Notes: generated by a model not told the origin, from the sequence alone. Shown: positions 1 to 11,500, counted from the stretch's first letter. The stretch: DNA of 64,000 nt from an uncultured Candidatus Saccharibacteria bacterium (GCA_964638425.1 CAZWYM010000001.1:74441-138440), one strand, 5' to 3'. A program made the numbers and translations.

Positions 1-718
1 TTGCGGGAAGCTTTTTACCATACTCGGTTTCACGTGTATTAGTCCAGTACCCGTCTGTTGCGTACGCAAATGTACCCAACACATCAAATGGTGATGAGAT
101 CTGGTTACCAATGACCTCAGTCGCTACCTTTGAGGTTGCGACATTTGTTTGGAGGAGTGTTGAGCTTGAGTACAACTTCACGACAACTGATTGCGCTCCA
201 GCAAACGTAGCGTCAGTGAGACCGAATCCTGCAGTGTAACCTTTCAAGATTCCAAGACCGGTGTCGTATGAGACGACCCCGAAGTCTTCAGCACTCAGTG
301 TGCCAATCGGAGTTGCTACTCCAGCACTTGCCGTCCATGTACCAGAACGATTACCCCCTTGGTAATTATCTGACCAGGTACCCGACATAACCCCGCTTGT
401 TGCGACAGTTCCAGTGATATGGAAAGCTGTCTGTGGTGTTACTGCATCAGCAGTCGCGGTGTAATTTGCATGAATATCGATGATATTATTTTGCATGTCT
501 CCTGAGGTAATGACCCATGTGTAGACAGGACTGACCACAGGACTTCCCCCAAATCCAGTAATGCTTCCTGCATTATTTTGGGTGAGTGTCATACTGTGTT
601 CATAGTCAGTACCAAGGTAATTGACTGCAATAGTGTAATTCCCCGTAGCGTTCCACGTTGGCACTTCTGCAGCATGTGCAGTGAGTGACACTCCGAACGG
701 CAGAACGAGAAGTGACAT
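1..718 (-). CDS. hypothetical secreted protein; the ORF runs off the window's left edge, so its C-terminal end is missing
   Basis: Minus-strand ORF with ATG at ~716-718 followed by a signal-peptide-like N-terminus (MSLLVLPFGVSLTAHAAEVP...). Not in the ORF track because it has no stop inside the window. Confidence 0.4.
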   Translation of the reverse strand, partial: MSLLVLPFGVSLTAHAAEVPTWNATGNYTIAVNYLGTDYEHSMTLTQNNAGSITGFGGSPVVSPVYTWVITSGDMQNNIIDIHANYTATADAVTPQTAFHITGTVATSGVMSGTWSDNYQGGNRSGTWTASAGVATPIGTLSAEDFGVVSYDTGLGILKGYTAGFGLTDATFAGAQSVVVKLYSSSTLLQTNVATSKVATEVIGNQISSPFDVLGTFAYATDGYWTNTRETEYGKKLPA

Positions 719-914
719 GATGGCTAACTTTGAGAAGATTGTTGATTTCATAATTATGCGAATGTTATGTTTTGTAATACTTGTTGTGTTCTTAAGTAAT
801 AGAAAGCACCGACCTCTATTCATGCCGACAATGTTCCCACACGATTACACGGTATACCCATTTTTTGTGGTGTAATATACAACTTCAAACAAGACTCAAT
901 ACTGCCTCATGCAA

Positions 915-953
915 TTCTTAAAAGAGCGCTTCAAGGAAGCGCTGTTTTAAGAA
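915..953. terminator. inverted repeat/hairpin (17-bp stem, 1 mismatch) downstream of the SOUL gene stop
   Basis: ttcttaaaagagcgcttc aagg aagcgctgttttaagaa; A/T-rich flanks. Confidence 0.5.
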
Positions 954-993
954 TTATTATTGATGATTATCTTTGAGGTACGGTCGGGTCTTC

Positions 994-1611
994 TTAGTTT
1001 GCTACCTCTACCAAGACCTCATTGCGATTCATCCACGGTGGAGTCCATGGCGCGTTGTATCCTGCGTATGCTACGCCTCCAGTGACCACTACCCCATCAC
1101 GCTTGAGCGCTTCGAGTAACGCTCCTTGTTTTTCTTTAATTCGGGCATCAGTGCGATACCAAGAAAAGCGCATAACCGCAAAAGTCTTTTCAGGAACGAC
1201 GACGAGCTTCACGCGAGGATCAGTCGGAGTAGGAAGTGTTTCGTATGTATATGAACGAGGCATACCAAACGAGACCGTTCGAGAATCCCCTTCTTCTGCG
1301 ACCATCACCGGTGCGGTCATCGCGATGCTTTCACCTTTTTCCACAACAACAGGCGCCGTCATAGCGATACTTTCTTTTTTAACATTGCCTCCAAAGATAT
1401 ACGAAGCCACAATACTGAAGCCCTCGCTCATTGATGATTCAAGTTGTCCACGCACCGTGGTCTGCGCAACGATGTGTTCGGGGTATTTCCGAAGTTCATA
1501 CCCTTCCATTTTCTTCACAACCGTATAGTCTGCTTGTTCAACGCGAGACCCAAAGAACCCCCACACCGACCACAAAACAACCACCACCAAAATAAGAATA
1601 AATATTTTCAT
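994..1611 (-). CDS. SOUL/HBP heme-binding family protein
   Basis: N-terminal TM/signal, then a SOUL-like core (ADYTVV...YELRKY..., C-terminal YNAPWTPPWMNRNEV). Internal duplicated segment ESIAMTAPVVV/ESIAMTAPVMV. Confidence 0.65.
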   Translation of the reverse strand: MKIFILILVVVVLWSVWGFFGSRVEQADYTVVKKMEGYELRKYPEHIVAQTTVRGQLESSMSEGFSIVASYIFGGNVKKESIAMTAPVVVEKGESIAMTAPVMVAEEGDSRTVSFGMPRSYTYETLPTPTDPRVKLVVVPEKTFAVMRFSWYRTDARIKEKQGALLEALKRDGVVVTGGVAYAGYNAPWTPPWMNRNEVLVEVAN

Positions 1612-1639
1612 TAGCTAACTATATCACTGATTCCAATCT

Positions 1640-3613
1640 CTACTTTTTCAATCCAAAATAACGAGTAAAAAGTAGGGGAGTATTATCTGCAGTCACTCCA
1701 TCTGCGGTGATTGGGAGTTGTTCAGAACGAACTGGCCATGGAAGCGGTAGCACTCCTGTAAATGGTTTGTCTCCAAACAGCACATCTGCGACCCCTGCAC
1801 CTTCGCTTCCCGGAAGCCACGCCATCACCAAAGCATCGAACGAAGCGACTTCACGCTCAATCAAAAGTGGCCGTCCCGATACAATCACCACAACAACCTT
1901 GTCACAGGTTGCTTGCAAATTGTGTATCGCACGTAGATCTTCCTCATCGAGTATAGGATACGCTGTATCTCCCCAACCTTCTGCGTATGGTTTCTCTCCC
2001 ACGACCGCTATACCAATATCAGCCTTCTGTATAGAAGAAGGAAAATTTCCGAGACGATCATATTCTACTTCTGTAGCTTGGTTAGCTCGTGCTTGAATCC
2101 CTGCCAAGATAGAGGTAGCGCCTTCGAGCCAGTTTCCATCAACTCCTTGCCATTCAATACTCCACGCTCCCATCTGTTTACCCACGTTATCAGCAGCACT
2201 ACCAGCAACGCGTATGCGTTGAATGTTCGGAGTGAGCGGTAAGAGATTGCCCTCATTTTTCAAAAGGACTAATGATTGTGCTACCGCATCACGCGCAAGT
2301 GTATGGTGCGTTGGGTGAGTGATTGGATTACGTGTCGCAGAGGCCTCCTTCTCATCGAAGAGTCCGAGTGCAAACTTAGCGTACAGAATTCTTCCCACAG
2401 CCTCATCAATACGCTCGTCTGATACAAGACCGAGTCTATTAGCCCATTTCATATGTCGTGCAAACGTCTTGTAGTCAAAGGGTAACATAACCATGTCGAC
2501 GCCAGCGTTTACTGCAGATACGGTGGCAAAAAAAGTATTCACGCTTCCCTCGTGAACACCATACCAATCAGACACCACGAATCCTTTAAACCCGAGCTCC
2601 TGTTTCAATATGTCAGTGAGTAAATGTTTCTGAAATACCATTCGCTCATCCCCCCACGTATTGAGACCAACCATGATGCTTAAAGCCCCCGCATTCACGC
2701 TTTCAGTAAAAGGTGGCAAATATACATCACGAAGAAGGTTTTCGTCAGCAGGTGTCACGCCTTGATCAATTTTAAAATTTTTATTCAGGGAGGTATTCCA
2801 GCCCATATTGCCAAGACCAAGGTAGTGCTTCGCAGTTGCGAGTACAAATATATCTGTATCCAATGGGTCAACATTTTTCTGAAGTCCTTGCAGATACGCG
2901 ACCCCAAGCGATGAGACGAGTGTCGGGTCATCGGAGAACGCCTCATAGACACGACCCCAACGAATATCCCGTGGCTGGTCAAGATTAGGAGCAAAATTCC
3001 AGTTTACTCCCGTCATTGCGAGATCCTCCGCAGTCGCGTTCGCCACCGCCTGTACGAGTGTAGGATTATTGGTTGCCCCAAGACCAATTGCGTGCGGAAA
3101 GACGGTGACTCCTAATACGTGTGCGTGCCCGTGTATCGCATCGGCTCCATACAAAAGCGGGATACTCAGTCGAGACTGCTTTGCGCTTGATTGGTAGGAG
3201 TCAGTCATTGCTTTCCATCCTGCCACCGTATTTTCTTCGGGCTTAGAGCCGGAACCACTGAGGAGTCCACCGAGGTAGTAGGTATTGATATCGCTTTGTT
3301 TCTGGATGCTATTTTTCTCTATCAAGGTCATTTGCCCAATTTTTTCTTCGAGCGTCATGTATGACAAAAGATTTGCCACACGCTCCTCAACAGGCTGAGT
3401 CGAGTCTAGATACAGAGCATCTTTAGGAGGCGTAGGCATGATTGGGTGCATATCAAAAAAATCAGTTTGTACAAAGACAAAAAAAACGACGAGTAAAATC
3501 GCTACTGGAAACAGAAAAAATCTTAACCTTCCCTGTATTTTAAGAGCTTTCACTCTTATAGTATACATCGCTCTCAGCGTAAACTTTGTTTTATATACGA
3601 CCCAATCTCGCAA
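1640..3613 (-). CDS. glycoside hydrolase family 3 (beta-glucosidase/beta-hexosaminidase-like), N-terminal membrane anchor
   Basis: GH3 N-terminal domain motifs (GADAIHGHAH, GVNWNFAPNLD, RDIRWGRVYEAFSDDP) plus a GH3 C-terminal domain. Alternative start at ~3568. Confidence 0.8.
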   Translation of the reverse strand: MRDWVVYKTKFTLRAMYTIRVKALKIQGRLRFFLFPVAILLVVFFVFVQTDFFDMHPIMPTPPKDALYLDSTQPVEERVANLLSYMTLEEKIGQMTLIEKNSIQKQSDINTYYLGGLLSGSGSKPEENTVAGWKAMTDSYQSSAKQSRLSIPLLYGADAIHGHAHVLGVTVFPHAIGLGATNNPTLVQAVANATAEDLAMTGVNWNFAPNLDQPRDIRWGRVYEAFSDDPTLVSSLGVAYLQGLQKNVDPLDTDIFVLATAKHYLGLGNMGWNTSLNKNFKIDQGVTPADENLLRDVYLPPFTESVNAGALSIMVGLNTWGDERMVFQKHLLTDILKQELGFKGFVVSDWYGVHEGSVNTFFATVSAVNAGVDMVMLPFDYKTFARHMKWANRLGLVSDERIDEAVGRILYAKFALGLFDEKEASATRNPITHPTHHTLARDAVAQSLVLLKNEGNLLPLTPNIQRIRVAGSAADNVGKQMGAWSIEWQGVDGNWLEGATSILAGIQARANQATEVEYDRLGNFPSSIQKADIGIAVVGEKPYAEGWGDTAYPILDEEDLRAIHNLQATCDKVVVVIVSGRPLLIEREVASFDALVMAWLPGSEGAGVADVLFGDKPFTGVLPLPWPVRSEQLPITADGVTADNTPLLFTRYFGLKK

Positions 3614-3658
3614 GTCCGTATACGATTATCTCAACTGGGGTTGAGGCTTCAGTGTTTC

Positions 3659-4321
3659 TTATTCAAAACTAATAGGTATCTCAAGCGCATCATCATGCTC
3701 AGGCAAGCCCGATGGATTGTCTTTACGGAAAATAATTGCCCCGCGTGTATAGGGGGTATCTTCTGGAAGCGTGTACATGACGGTACCAGTGAATGGGACA
3801 AATGATTCGGTCATCCAATCACCTACTGCTGTGGCATGTCCTTCTCCAATAATCTTGCCATCCCAGTCCACTACGATGAGTGGAAATGAACCTTCAAAGA
3901 ACCAGTACCCACGCGCTTCGCCAGACACTGTAATGGGATTCCCCACCGCAACTTGCGTACGGGGACTTGCTACTCGAATCAAATCACTCTTTTCATTTTC
4001 AATCACTGCAACGGGTACGTCCTCGATACTATTATTTTCCTTATGCTCAGGTAATTCTGTCTGCAGGAAAAAATAGAGCGTGACGACTATGAGTACCTGA
4101 AGGGCTACCGCTACTAGTATTCGTAAGATGCCTGTAGGTGAAGCAATCCTCCTTGAAACATACAATGGGAACACAAGCACGAATATAACGCTTGCCAGCA
4201 CCGTAACGATAAGCAGGTTTGGACCCTCGGGGTCATCGAGTGACACGAGCATCGTCCGCGAACTCACCATTGCGGTCACCCACAAGATGAGTAATGAAAT
4301 CTCTTTTGATTTGAAGTACAT
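3659..4321 (-). CDS. hypothetical membrane protein with beta-rich C-terminal domain
   Basis: Three predicted TM helices followed by a soluble domain; no diagnostic motif. Confidence 0.4.
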   Translation of the reverse strand: MYFKSKEISLLILWVTAMVSSRTMLVSLDDPEGPNLLIVTVLASVIFVLVFPLYVSRRIASPTGILRILVAVALQVLIVVTLYFFLQTELPEHKENNSIEDVPVAVIENEKSDLIRVASPRTQVAVGNPITVSGEARGYWFFEGSFPLIVVDWDGKIIGEGHATAVGDWMTESFVPFTGTVMYTLPEDTPYTRGAIIFRKDNPSGLPEHDDALEIPISFE

Positions 4322-4333
4322 AGTTCGATACTG

Positions 4334-4552
4334 CTAGTCCGGAGTTTTTTCATCAAACTCCTTTTGCATTCGTTCCATCCATTGGACCTTGTTTTCACCT
4401 GTACGCTCTTCCATGCTCATAATACTCGCTTTGTGTGATTCATCAGACATCATGTGTGGCATGGCTTTCCCGACAATCTCCATGAGGGTATCGCCAGAAA
4501 ACTTCTCCGTGCAAACTCCTCCCAATTCCGTGCATATAAATGTTTTACTCAT
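4334..4552 (-). CDS. DUF1059 family small protein
   Basis: MSKTFICTELGGVCTEKFSG... N-terminus is typical of DUF1059. Confidence 0.55.
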   Translation of the reverse strand: MSKTFICTELGGVCTEKFSGDTLMEIVGKAMPHMMSDESHKASIMSMEERTGENKVQWMERMQKEFDEKTPD

Positions 4553-4572
4553 ACAGAAAGTATACCAAATCC

Positions 4573-5151
4573 TTAACGAGCTTCTCCTTCAAAATCAGGT
4601 TCAACAATTCCCCACCGCATACTCACTGGGTCAAGCTTTAAATATGCACTTTTGCCGACGGATGGTTGCGTCGTCATCGGTTCGCCATCTTCACGGACAG
4701 CATAATTAACGACTATCACATGTATATGACGAGGATTAGGACTCTGTGTAATATTCTGTGGCGCTACACGGTCCCCGAGCAGGTACCCATCCGAACCTGT
4801 ATATCCTTCCTCTGTATTGAGAGCAGCAACAGCATAAAACATGGTGCCGCTTCCCCCTGTCTCCTGTGTAAGCAAAAAAACGACATCCTCACGACCATCG
4901 CCATTTAAGTCGATAACTAAATCATTCCCAAAATACCGAGTCACTGTTTTTGAAGCTGAACCTGGGGCTATCTCCGTTTCTGCAAAGCCGTTGGTGAGGC
5001 GTACTTGTTCACCTTCTATTTCATATGCAATATTTTTATAATCAGACGGAAGGGCTACTGGTGCTTTAGGAGTGCTGTACTTCTGTACGATAAAAAAACT
5101 CATCGCTAGAATTACGACAATCCCTGAAATGAGATATCTTCTTTTTTCCAT
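4573..5151 (-). CDS. hypothetical membrane-anchored protein (FG-GAP-like DLNGDGREDVV motif)
   Basis: The track ORF extends to 5247. The internal Met (MEKRRYLISG...) at 5149-5151 is preceded by the same 20-nt leader found upstream of the DUF1059 gene, so this shorter start is preferred. Confidence 0.45.
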   Translation of the reverse strand: MEKRRYLISGIVVILAMSFFIVQKYSTPKAPVALPSDYKNIAYEIEGEQVRLTNGFAETEIAPGSASKTVTRYFGNDLVIDLNGDGREDVVFLLTQETGGSGTMFYAVAALNTEEGYTGSDGYLLGDRVAPQNITQSPNPRHIHVIVVNYAVREDGEPMTTQPSVGKSAYLKLDPVSMRWGIVEPDFEGEAR

Positions 5152-5265
5152 ACAGAAAGTATACCAAATGTGTAATTTTCCTTCTAATTTAGGGTCATTT
5201 CCATTGAAATAATTTGAACGAAACACGCAACAAACTTTTTCCTTCAATGTGTTGTTTTATACAGT

Positions 5266-5466
5266 ATGGAAAAAGTAACACTGAGATTATTTTGGACGTG
5301 TATGATTGCCTGTGCGAGTTGCGCAGTTATAGGGATATGGTTTGAAGAACGAGTCCCTGAAGCATTTTTTAAAGCTATGGCAACGCTCTTTATCATTGGC
5401 CTCGCAAACTTTCTCGTTTGGGCGCCTATGATGGTGTACCGGTTTCTGAATAAACAGCCACACTAG
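5266..5466 (+). CDS. small two-TM membrane protein (hypothetical)
   Basis: 66-aa ORF with two hydrophobic helices, in an otherwise gene-free gap. Confidence 0.3.
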   Translation: MEKVTLRLFWTCMIACASCAVIGIWFEERVPEAFFKAMATLFIIGLANFLVWAPMMVYRFLNKQPH

Positions 5467-5503
5467 AAGAGATGGTGCATGGTACTTTTTAGTTTTAGGG
5501 ATA

Positions 5504-5911
5504 CTACTTCTCGGACTTACTACGGGGTAACGAATCACCCGTTCGTAAAATCTTTTCCATTGTCTTCCCTTTTGCGAGTTCATCTATGAGCTTGTCCAGA
5601 TAGCGAACTTCACGCATAAGGGGCTCTGTAACTTCTTCCACACGGACTCCGCAAACTACACCGGTTATTAACGTTCGCAGTGGGTTCATTCGTGGCGCCT
5701 CGTCAAAAAATGTTTCGAAGGTGACCTGCTTCTTTATTTGTTTCTCGAGCGCTTTTTGGGTATACCCCGTTAGCCAACATATGATTTTATCAACTTCTTT
5801 TTTCGTACGTCCTTTCTTCTCCCCCTTAGCAACATACAAAGGATACACACTCCCAAATATCATCGCATATACTCTTTTTATTGATGCTGGGTTTTCTGTT
5901 TTCATATTCAC
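5504..5911 (-). CDS. DUF2200 family protein
   Basis: Motif [32 protein letters not shown] is characteristic of DUF2200. Confidence 0.6.
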   Translation of the reverse strand: MNMKTENPASIKRVYAMIFGSVYPLYVAKGEKKGRTKKEVDKIICWLTGYTQKALEKQIKKQVTFETFFDEAPRMNPLRTLITGVVCGVRVEEVTEPLMREVRYLDKLIDELAKGKTMEKILRTGDSLPRSKSEK

Positions 5912-5942
5912 AATGCTATCACGACCTACTCTTCCCCTAAAA

Positions 5943-5996
5943 ACTACCGAATGGTTGCGCCGGGGATTTCCTTGAGGTACTGCTCCGTAGCGAGCA
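5943..5996. repeat. degenerate direct repeat, a copy of the 3' end of the gene at 7194..7748; left boundary of the fic cassette
   Basis: About 53 bp, ~5 mismatches and 1 indel versus 7193..7245. Confidence 0.7.
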
Positions 5997-6015
5997 ACTA
6001 CGCCACTCGTGTGTA

Positions 6016-7086
6016 CTAACTTAACAATTTGAGCAATGCCTGATTGGCAAAGAAGTGGTTTCGACCGACTTTCATTGAACGTAGGACCCCCGCTTCAGAA
6101 AGTTGCAGCAAGTACTTGCTCGCTGTGGTGTAGTGAATGTTAATTTCATTTGCCAGCTTGGTAGGAGTAATGACTGGGTACGAGAAAAGTGCTTCTAGCA
6201 AGTCAGCTGAATAAATCTTAGTGTGGTTGGTCTTAATGTTTTGTCGAAGCTCATGATGAAGTCCTACAATAGCATTGAGTGTCTCTTTGGTTTCTTTGGC
6301 TTGCAAATAAAAACCTTGAAGCATGAAGGCAATATATTCTTCCCAAGCACCTCCTGAAGTGACCGCTCGAAGTAATCGATAATATTCAGCACGATTCTTA
6401 TTAATGTAGCCACTGATAAAAATAATAGGTAGGTCGAGTACTCCATCCTTAACAAGTTCAAGGACCATCAAAATACGACCAGTACGTCCGTTACCATCGA
6501 GGAAGGGGTGGATTGATTCAAACTGTTGATGTGCTATTGCTGCCCGAATGAGTGGATCAATATCCGTATTTTCATTTACAAAATGCTCCCAATTACCAAT
6601 GAGTTCAGGGATTCTGTTTTGCAAAGGCGGTGTGTAGAGTATCTCACCAGTAGTTGAGTTGGCGATGTGATTTTGTTCACGACGATACATACCACCACCG
6701 GTGAGCATAAGTTGTTCGTGAACGCCCAAAATTGTGCGGTTACTGATACCAATGTCAGGCATGTTCTTCATCCCCCAAAATAGGGCCTGTTGATACTTAA
6801 GTACTTCTTTGTTTGGCTTACTCTGCTCATCTGCAGGTAAAAGCTGATTTTCGAGAACATTCGCAACTGTGGTATTGATATTCTCAATGCCTGAAGACTC
6901 GACTGATTCTTTAATGAGTAGCGGTGAAGTAAGTAAAAGTGGGTTCGGAATCTGTCCAGAAGCACCCTTGAGTTCTGCTAATTCCACTCGGGCCTTAAGC
7001 AACAATTCTGAAAAAACCTTATAATCTATGGTTTTTTCAGGTGGAAGCATGGCCAAATCAATTGGATATATTGGATTAAATGACAT
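6016..7086 (-). CDS. fic: Fic/DOC family protein (putative AMPylator) with C-terminal wHTH
   Basis: Canonical Fic motif [12 protein letters not shown]. Confidence 0.85.
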   Translation of the reverse strand: MSFNPIYPIDLAMLPPEKTIDYKVFSELLLKARVELAELKGASGQIPNPLLLTSPLLIKESVESSGIENINTTVANVLENQLLPADEQSKPNKEVLKYQQALFWGMKNMPDIGISNRTILGVHEQLMLTGGGMYRREQNHIANSTTGEILYTPPLQNRIPELIGNWEHFVNENTDIDPLIRAAIAHQQFESIHPFLDGNGRTGRILMVLELVKDGVLDLPIIFISGYINKNRAEYYRLLRAVTSGGAWEEYIAFMLQGFYLQAKETKETLNAIVGLHHELRQNIKTNHTKIYSADLLEALFSYPVITPTKLANEINIHYTTASKYLLQLSEAGVLRSMKVGRNHFFANQALLKLLS

Positions 7087-7192
7087 ATTGCTACCAATAT
7101 ATCAGTTTTTTTGATTTTTTACCATATATTGAGGTGGGTATGTTACTTTCACCTATGTAAGGCTATCAAGACCAACTCTTTGCACTTTAAAG

Positions 7193-7245
7193 ACTACCAA
7201 ATGGTTGCTCCGTGGATTCCCTTGAGGTACTGCTCGTAGCGAGCA
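7193..7245. repeat. direct repeat, the authentic 3' end of the 7194..7748 CDS; right boundary of the fic cassette
   Basis: Matches 5943..5996. Confidence 0.7.
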
Positions 7246-7748
7246 TCGGCAAGGCGGAGTTTGTAGTGTATGCGGGTGATGACGATTGCGTATGTCTTGC
7301 CGAACGTACCGCGGATGGTGGAGCGTATCTCAAACGAAGCTGTTTTACCTGCGGGTATTTTTGCATAGTGCACTGTACCGACGGTAACTTGCAGTACCCC
7401 TTCTCCACGAACGCGCACATCAGCAGTAGCAATCCTCCCTTCTGCAGTTCCCTCAATCTGGTACATGAAGCCCGCTACCTTCTTCCCCGAAGCAATGGAG
7501 ATAGGAATGAATACATCTCCGTCCTTTGCGGTAATCTCTATCTCAAGGTACGACGTTCCAACGAGGGTGTCGACTGCATCTTTCTGCTTCACCCGTTCTG
7601 CGCGTCCTTGATTCTTTTTTACCTTTACACCAATGAAAGGATCCTTCCCTTCCAGTTTATTCGCCTCTATTAATTCACTCTGGAGTACTTTGAGCTTCGC
7701 GTTTAAATCCTTCACTAGCTTTTTAGTATCACTTGGTACTTTTTTCAT
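7194..7748 (-). CDS. hypothetical protein
   Basis: 184-aa ORF; no recognised motif. Confidence 0.5.
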   Translation of the reverse strand: MKKVPSDTKKLVKDLNAKLKVLQSELIEANKLEGKDPFIGVKVKKNQGRAERVKQKDAVDTLVGTSYLEIEITAKDGDVFIPISIASGKKVAGFMYQIEGTAEGRIATADVRVRGEGVLQVTVGTVHYAKIPAGKTASFEIRSTIRGTFGKTYAIVITRIHYKLRLADARYEQYLKGIHGATIW

Positions 7749-7993
7749 ACTGTAATTATAGAATATGAAAAGTCCCCTTCATGCATGCTGTGGGAATAAG
7801 GTTAGGTTGGTGAGAGTCGAGCTACGGTATATTTGAACCAGAGTGTCATCTTCTACATACCGAGTTCCATACCACGACAACGCTCCACGGTATGGCGGTC
7901 GTAGAGGTCGATGTAGTACTGCTTGTCTTTGAGGTGGGTTATCACCTCAATATTTTATTCCTCTTTTAAGATATTTCCAGTTGCTGAAAATAT

Positions 7994-8563
7994 CTACTGA
8001 TACACGCACAAGCTATTGAATATAGGGTACAACACCTCAAATAACTGACCAAGGATGAGTCCCATAAACGATGCGTACAGAACTAGAATTATATACGAGT
8101 CCTTACCTTCATTTGCATTGCGAAATGATTGTAGAACTCCTACTTTATCAAACTCACGCTTTGCATTAGGATCACCAAAAAGTTCTCGATACAAACGCAC
8201 TCCGAAGGTAACACCAATGAAAATAATACTGATACCAATCAAACTTTGTAGAGAATCATCTGCAACTCTCTTGCTGATATCTAGCGCGCAATACGACTGA
8301 GCAATAAAGAGAATAAGGGATAATCCTGCTCCAATCACCATCAACGATCTGAACACTGCCAGAGCTGCTAGGGACCACGTAAACAAGGAAATGAACGCGA
8401 GTCCGATCAGAGAAAAGGTAAGAAAGATTGTGCTCACCTGCTTTTCCCAGTGAGCGAATGCAAATGAAGTTAGTATTACTGTGACTACGTATAGGACAAA
8501 CAGTACAGTAAATTTTCTGTCAGTCTTCATTCTGTGCAGTATGTATTTTATCTTCTTCAGCAT
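7994..8563 (-). CDS. 5-TM membrane protein; paralogue of 21695..22243
   Basis: Start codon is 2 nt after the KAP NTPase stop. Shares IAQSYCALD / MAQTYCDLQ and C-terminal SLCVYQ / GLCMY with the other paralogue. Confidence 0.5.
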   Translation of the reverse strand: MLKKIKYILHRMKTDRKFTVLFVLYVVTVILTSFAFAHWEKQVSTIFLTFSLIGLAFISLFTWSLAALAVFRSLMVIGAGLSLILFIAQSYCALDISKRVADDSLQSLIGISIIFIGVTFGVRLYRELFGDPNAKREFDKVGVLQSFRNANEGKDSYIILVLYASFMGLILGQLFEVLYPIFNSLCVYQ

Positions 8564-8565
8564 AA

Positions 8566-11500
8566 TTAAGATTCATTCTTCTCCGTCACATTATGAGATT
8601 CTACCTTTTCCCAATAACTTTTTTCAGTCGCACTAATCCTTCCATCAGGTTTTAGTTGCAATAGAAAATCAACAACTGATTTCTTCCCCCCGTTACTCCA
8701 CGAATCTAGGGCAGAAGCAACGTCTTCGTAGTCCTTCTGATATTGACTGAAGGACGGCTTCAACGTTAGTAAATTACTAAATGCCAAATCCAAAACTTCC
8801 TGAGAGTGACCATCTCTGATCATACAAAACAAGCTGAAAATATAATCCTTTTGCAGAGTCTCTTGTAACTCAGAGAAAAATCCAGTAACTACTTTAAGCG
8901 CAGAGGAATTTACTGTAGCTAAAACTTTACCTGGTTGTCTCAAAAATTCTAATGTTGACTTAACTATTTCTCTCTTCTTTTCTATGCTCAAAAAGTCTGC
9001 TTTTTCAAAGAAAAAATGCCCTACTTCGGATGTTTCAAGACTATCCTGGTTAAGTAATTCGATTACTTGCTTTGACACTAACTCCTTTATTGCAACATCA
9101 TTGTTTTTATTAATCTTGTCGGCAACAAAGTCATACATCTTCCTTCTACCCGCAATCCCAATAGTCGGAGCCTTGTTCAGTATTTTTTCAACTATTTCTG
9201 CCCTTGCATAATCTTTAGGCTTCAATGTAGCAATAAATTCTATCGCCTGAAGAGGATCTTGGGCAATTAGTACATCAAGTATTTGAAGTCTAGTTTCATC
9301 AGAAGAAAAATCATATATCACCTTAGTAAAATCTGGTTGTGACAAAACTCTTGGTTGAATGTTTGGTAAAAATTCGGTCACTAATGTTTGAGCATAAGTG
9401 ATTTTCCAAAACGTGAAGAACTCACGGACCGCAACCGCATTAGCATTTTGTAAAAACTGTACAAATAGTTGTTGCGCTTCGGTTTTCTGTGGATCAACAA
9501 GACTACTTCTTAGATAAATAAGTATAAGAGATAGGGTCTTACGCTTTTCCCATAAAGGAATCGCGTTGAAGGTTTGAACTATGTTTTTTATAAAATCAAC
9601 CTTATCTGCGGGCAAAAGTAATTTCAAATCTACTCTGAAAGTAACCAGCAAACCGAGAGCTTCCTTAAAGAATTGTTCTTTTTCTTCAGTAAAACCTGAA
9701 ACTGCTTGATTGTGTGCAATAGTAATTTCAGTAAGTTTTTTGAAGAGTTGAGGAAAGACTTTCTTCTCTATTACCATATCACTCAGGTCAGTCAACAAAG
9801 CTTTCTTTGTACCAAAGTTTTCTAGTGAAGCTGTTTCAACAATCCGTTCAATACTTTTTTTCGTAAGAAACTTGCTTTTATCATCGATTCCAACAAAAAG
9901 ATTCAAGATGTCGTCTCTTACGGAGTAATGTTCCTCAATAGCTTGTGCAATATTCAAAACATGTTCATTTGTTAGTAACTGCTTTTGCTTTACTAGGTTT
10001 TGCAAAATGCTCTTAACAATTGCTATTTCGTTAAAATTTTTAAACTCTTCGGTTGCAGAAAGTGCCAGAACATAACGGTCAAGAATATTCTTTCTAATAC
10101 GAGAATCAAGATTGGGATCCGCAACTACAAAATCAAAAATCACATCAGTTGGCAACTTCTGAAAAGAAGGCCAAACTTTACCATCAAGTAAGCCCGCGAC
10201 AGTATTTATATAATCTCTACTAGTCAGATTTAGCTCACCAAGAACAGTTAACTGAGTTTTAAAAATGGTTGTAACTACATCAATTCCGTGATTTTTATAC
10301 TTGTTGAGGATTGAAATAATGAACTCAAGCAAAGTTGCCTTGTCTGTTTCTGCCTCTATATGAGTTTTTGCCGTAGTTTCATTTCCTTCTATGAGAGAAA
10401 GCCTGATGGACTCATCATCTGTAAGAAGGTCGGAGATAACAGGTTTCTTTAGGTATATAAATGGTTCAGCATCCTCAACAGTGATTCGACTGGTCTCAAG
10501 CATGAAATTCTCAAACTCCTCACGAAAAGGCGGTTCTTCTGCAACCACTACTTTCCTATACGTACCAAGTATCTCTTCAGGTGCATACCAAGATTTTTTC
10601 AAGTTTTGAAATGCCTCGGGGTACTTATGCATTAGCACAAGTACTTTTGCCATATATGCAATATTATTAGAAACAATATCCTTAACCTCAGTATTGAAGG
10701 CAACAAGAACTGCAGAAATTAAATTGTTAATAAATTGTTTTATCTCTCGAGGATTGTTAGAAAATGCAGACTCTATAACCAAGTACACATCATCATTTTC
10801 TAAATAATTTTTAATGTCTCCTGTTTGTTTGATCTGTTCTTTCACGAAAGTACGAATGTCGGTATCAATATATTCCGGAGTCCAAACAACAACATTGAAT
10901 ATCTTTCTTAAAAACTCGTCGGCTAACTCAGCGCTAGGAGCTGCCTTTTTAATTGCTTCAAAATCACATGGGACGAGAAAAACAACATTCTTACCTTTTG
11001 CGTCCACGTCTTTAATTTCAAGAAACGTTTTTAGAGTCGACAGGACTTCCGTAGCAACTTTAGAGTCAACACGGTCAAGATTGTCTATAACAACCACAAC
11101 TCTATTGGTCTTAATTTTTGATAACTTTAAAATCCGTACAAAAGATTTCTCAAATTGTTCGGGAGAACTTAACTGTGATTTTGAGGAAGTTATCGGAGAA
11201 ACCATAATAATCTTTTTGAAGTCCTCCCCAAGTACTTTCTCTATAATTAAAGCAATTGAAAGTGCCAACGAAAAACTTGTTCCGGCCCAAAGTTTCCATT
11301 GTGTGGCAAGATCAGGGAAGACTTGCCACGTAAACAGACCAATTATTATTAGGAACGGCAGCGACAAAATTGCCACCTTCTTCAAATAACCCCAGGAGAT
11401 GGATACCTTTTCGCCTACAGTTTCGCTCAGAGAAAAATAAAGTTCCTTCTCAAGCTTATCAATTTCATTTTTATTTACTTGCAAATCCTTTGCTATCTGC

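Noticed and set aside
1022-1528. 168-aa plus-strand ORF
   Set aside because: Antisense to the well-supported SOUL-family CDS; Ser/Thr-rich low-complexity translation.
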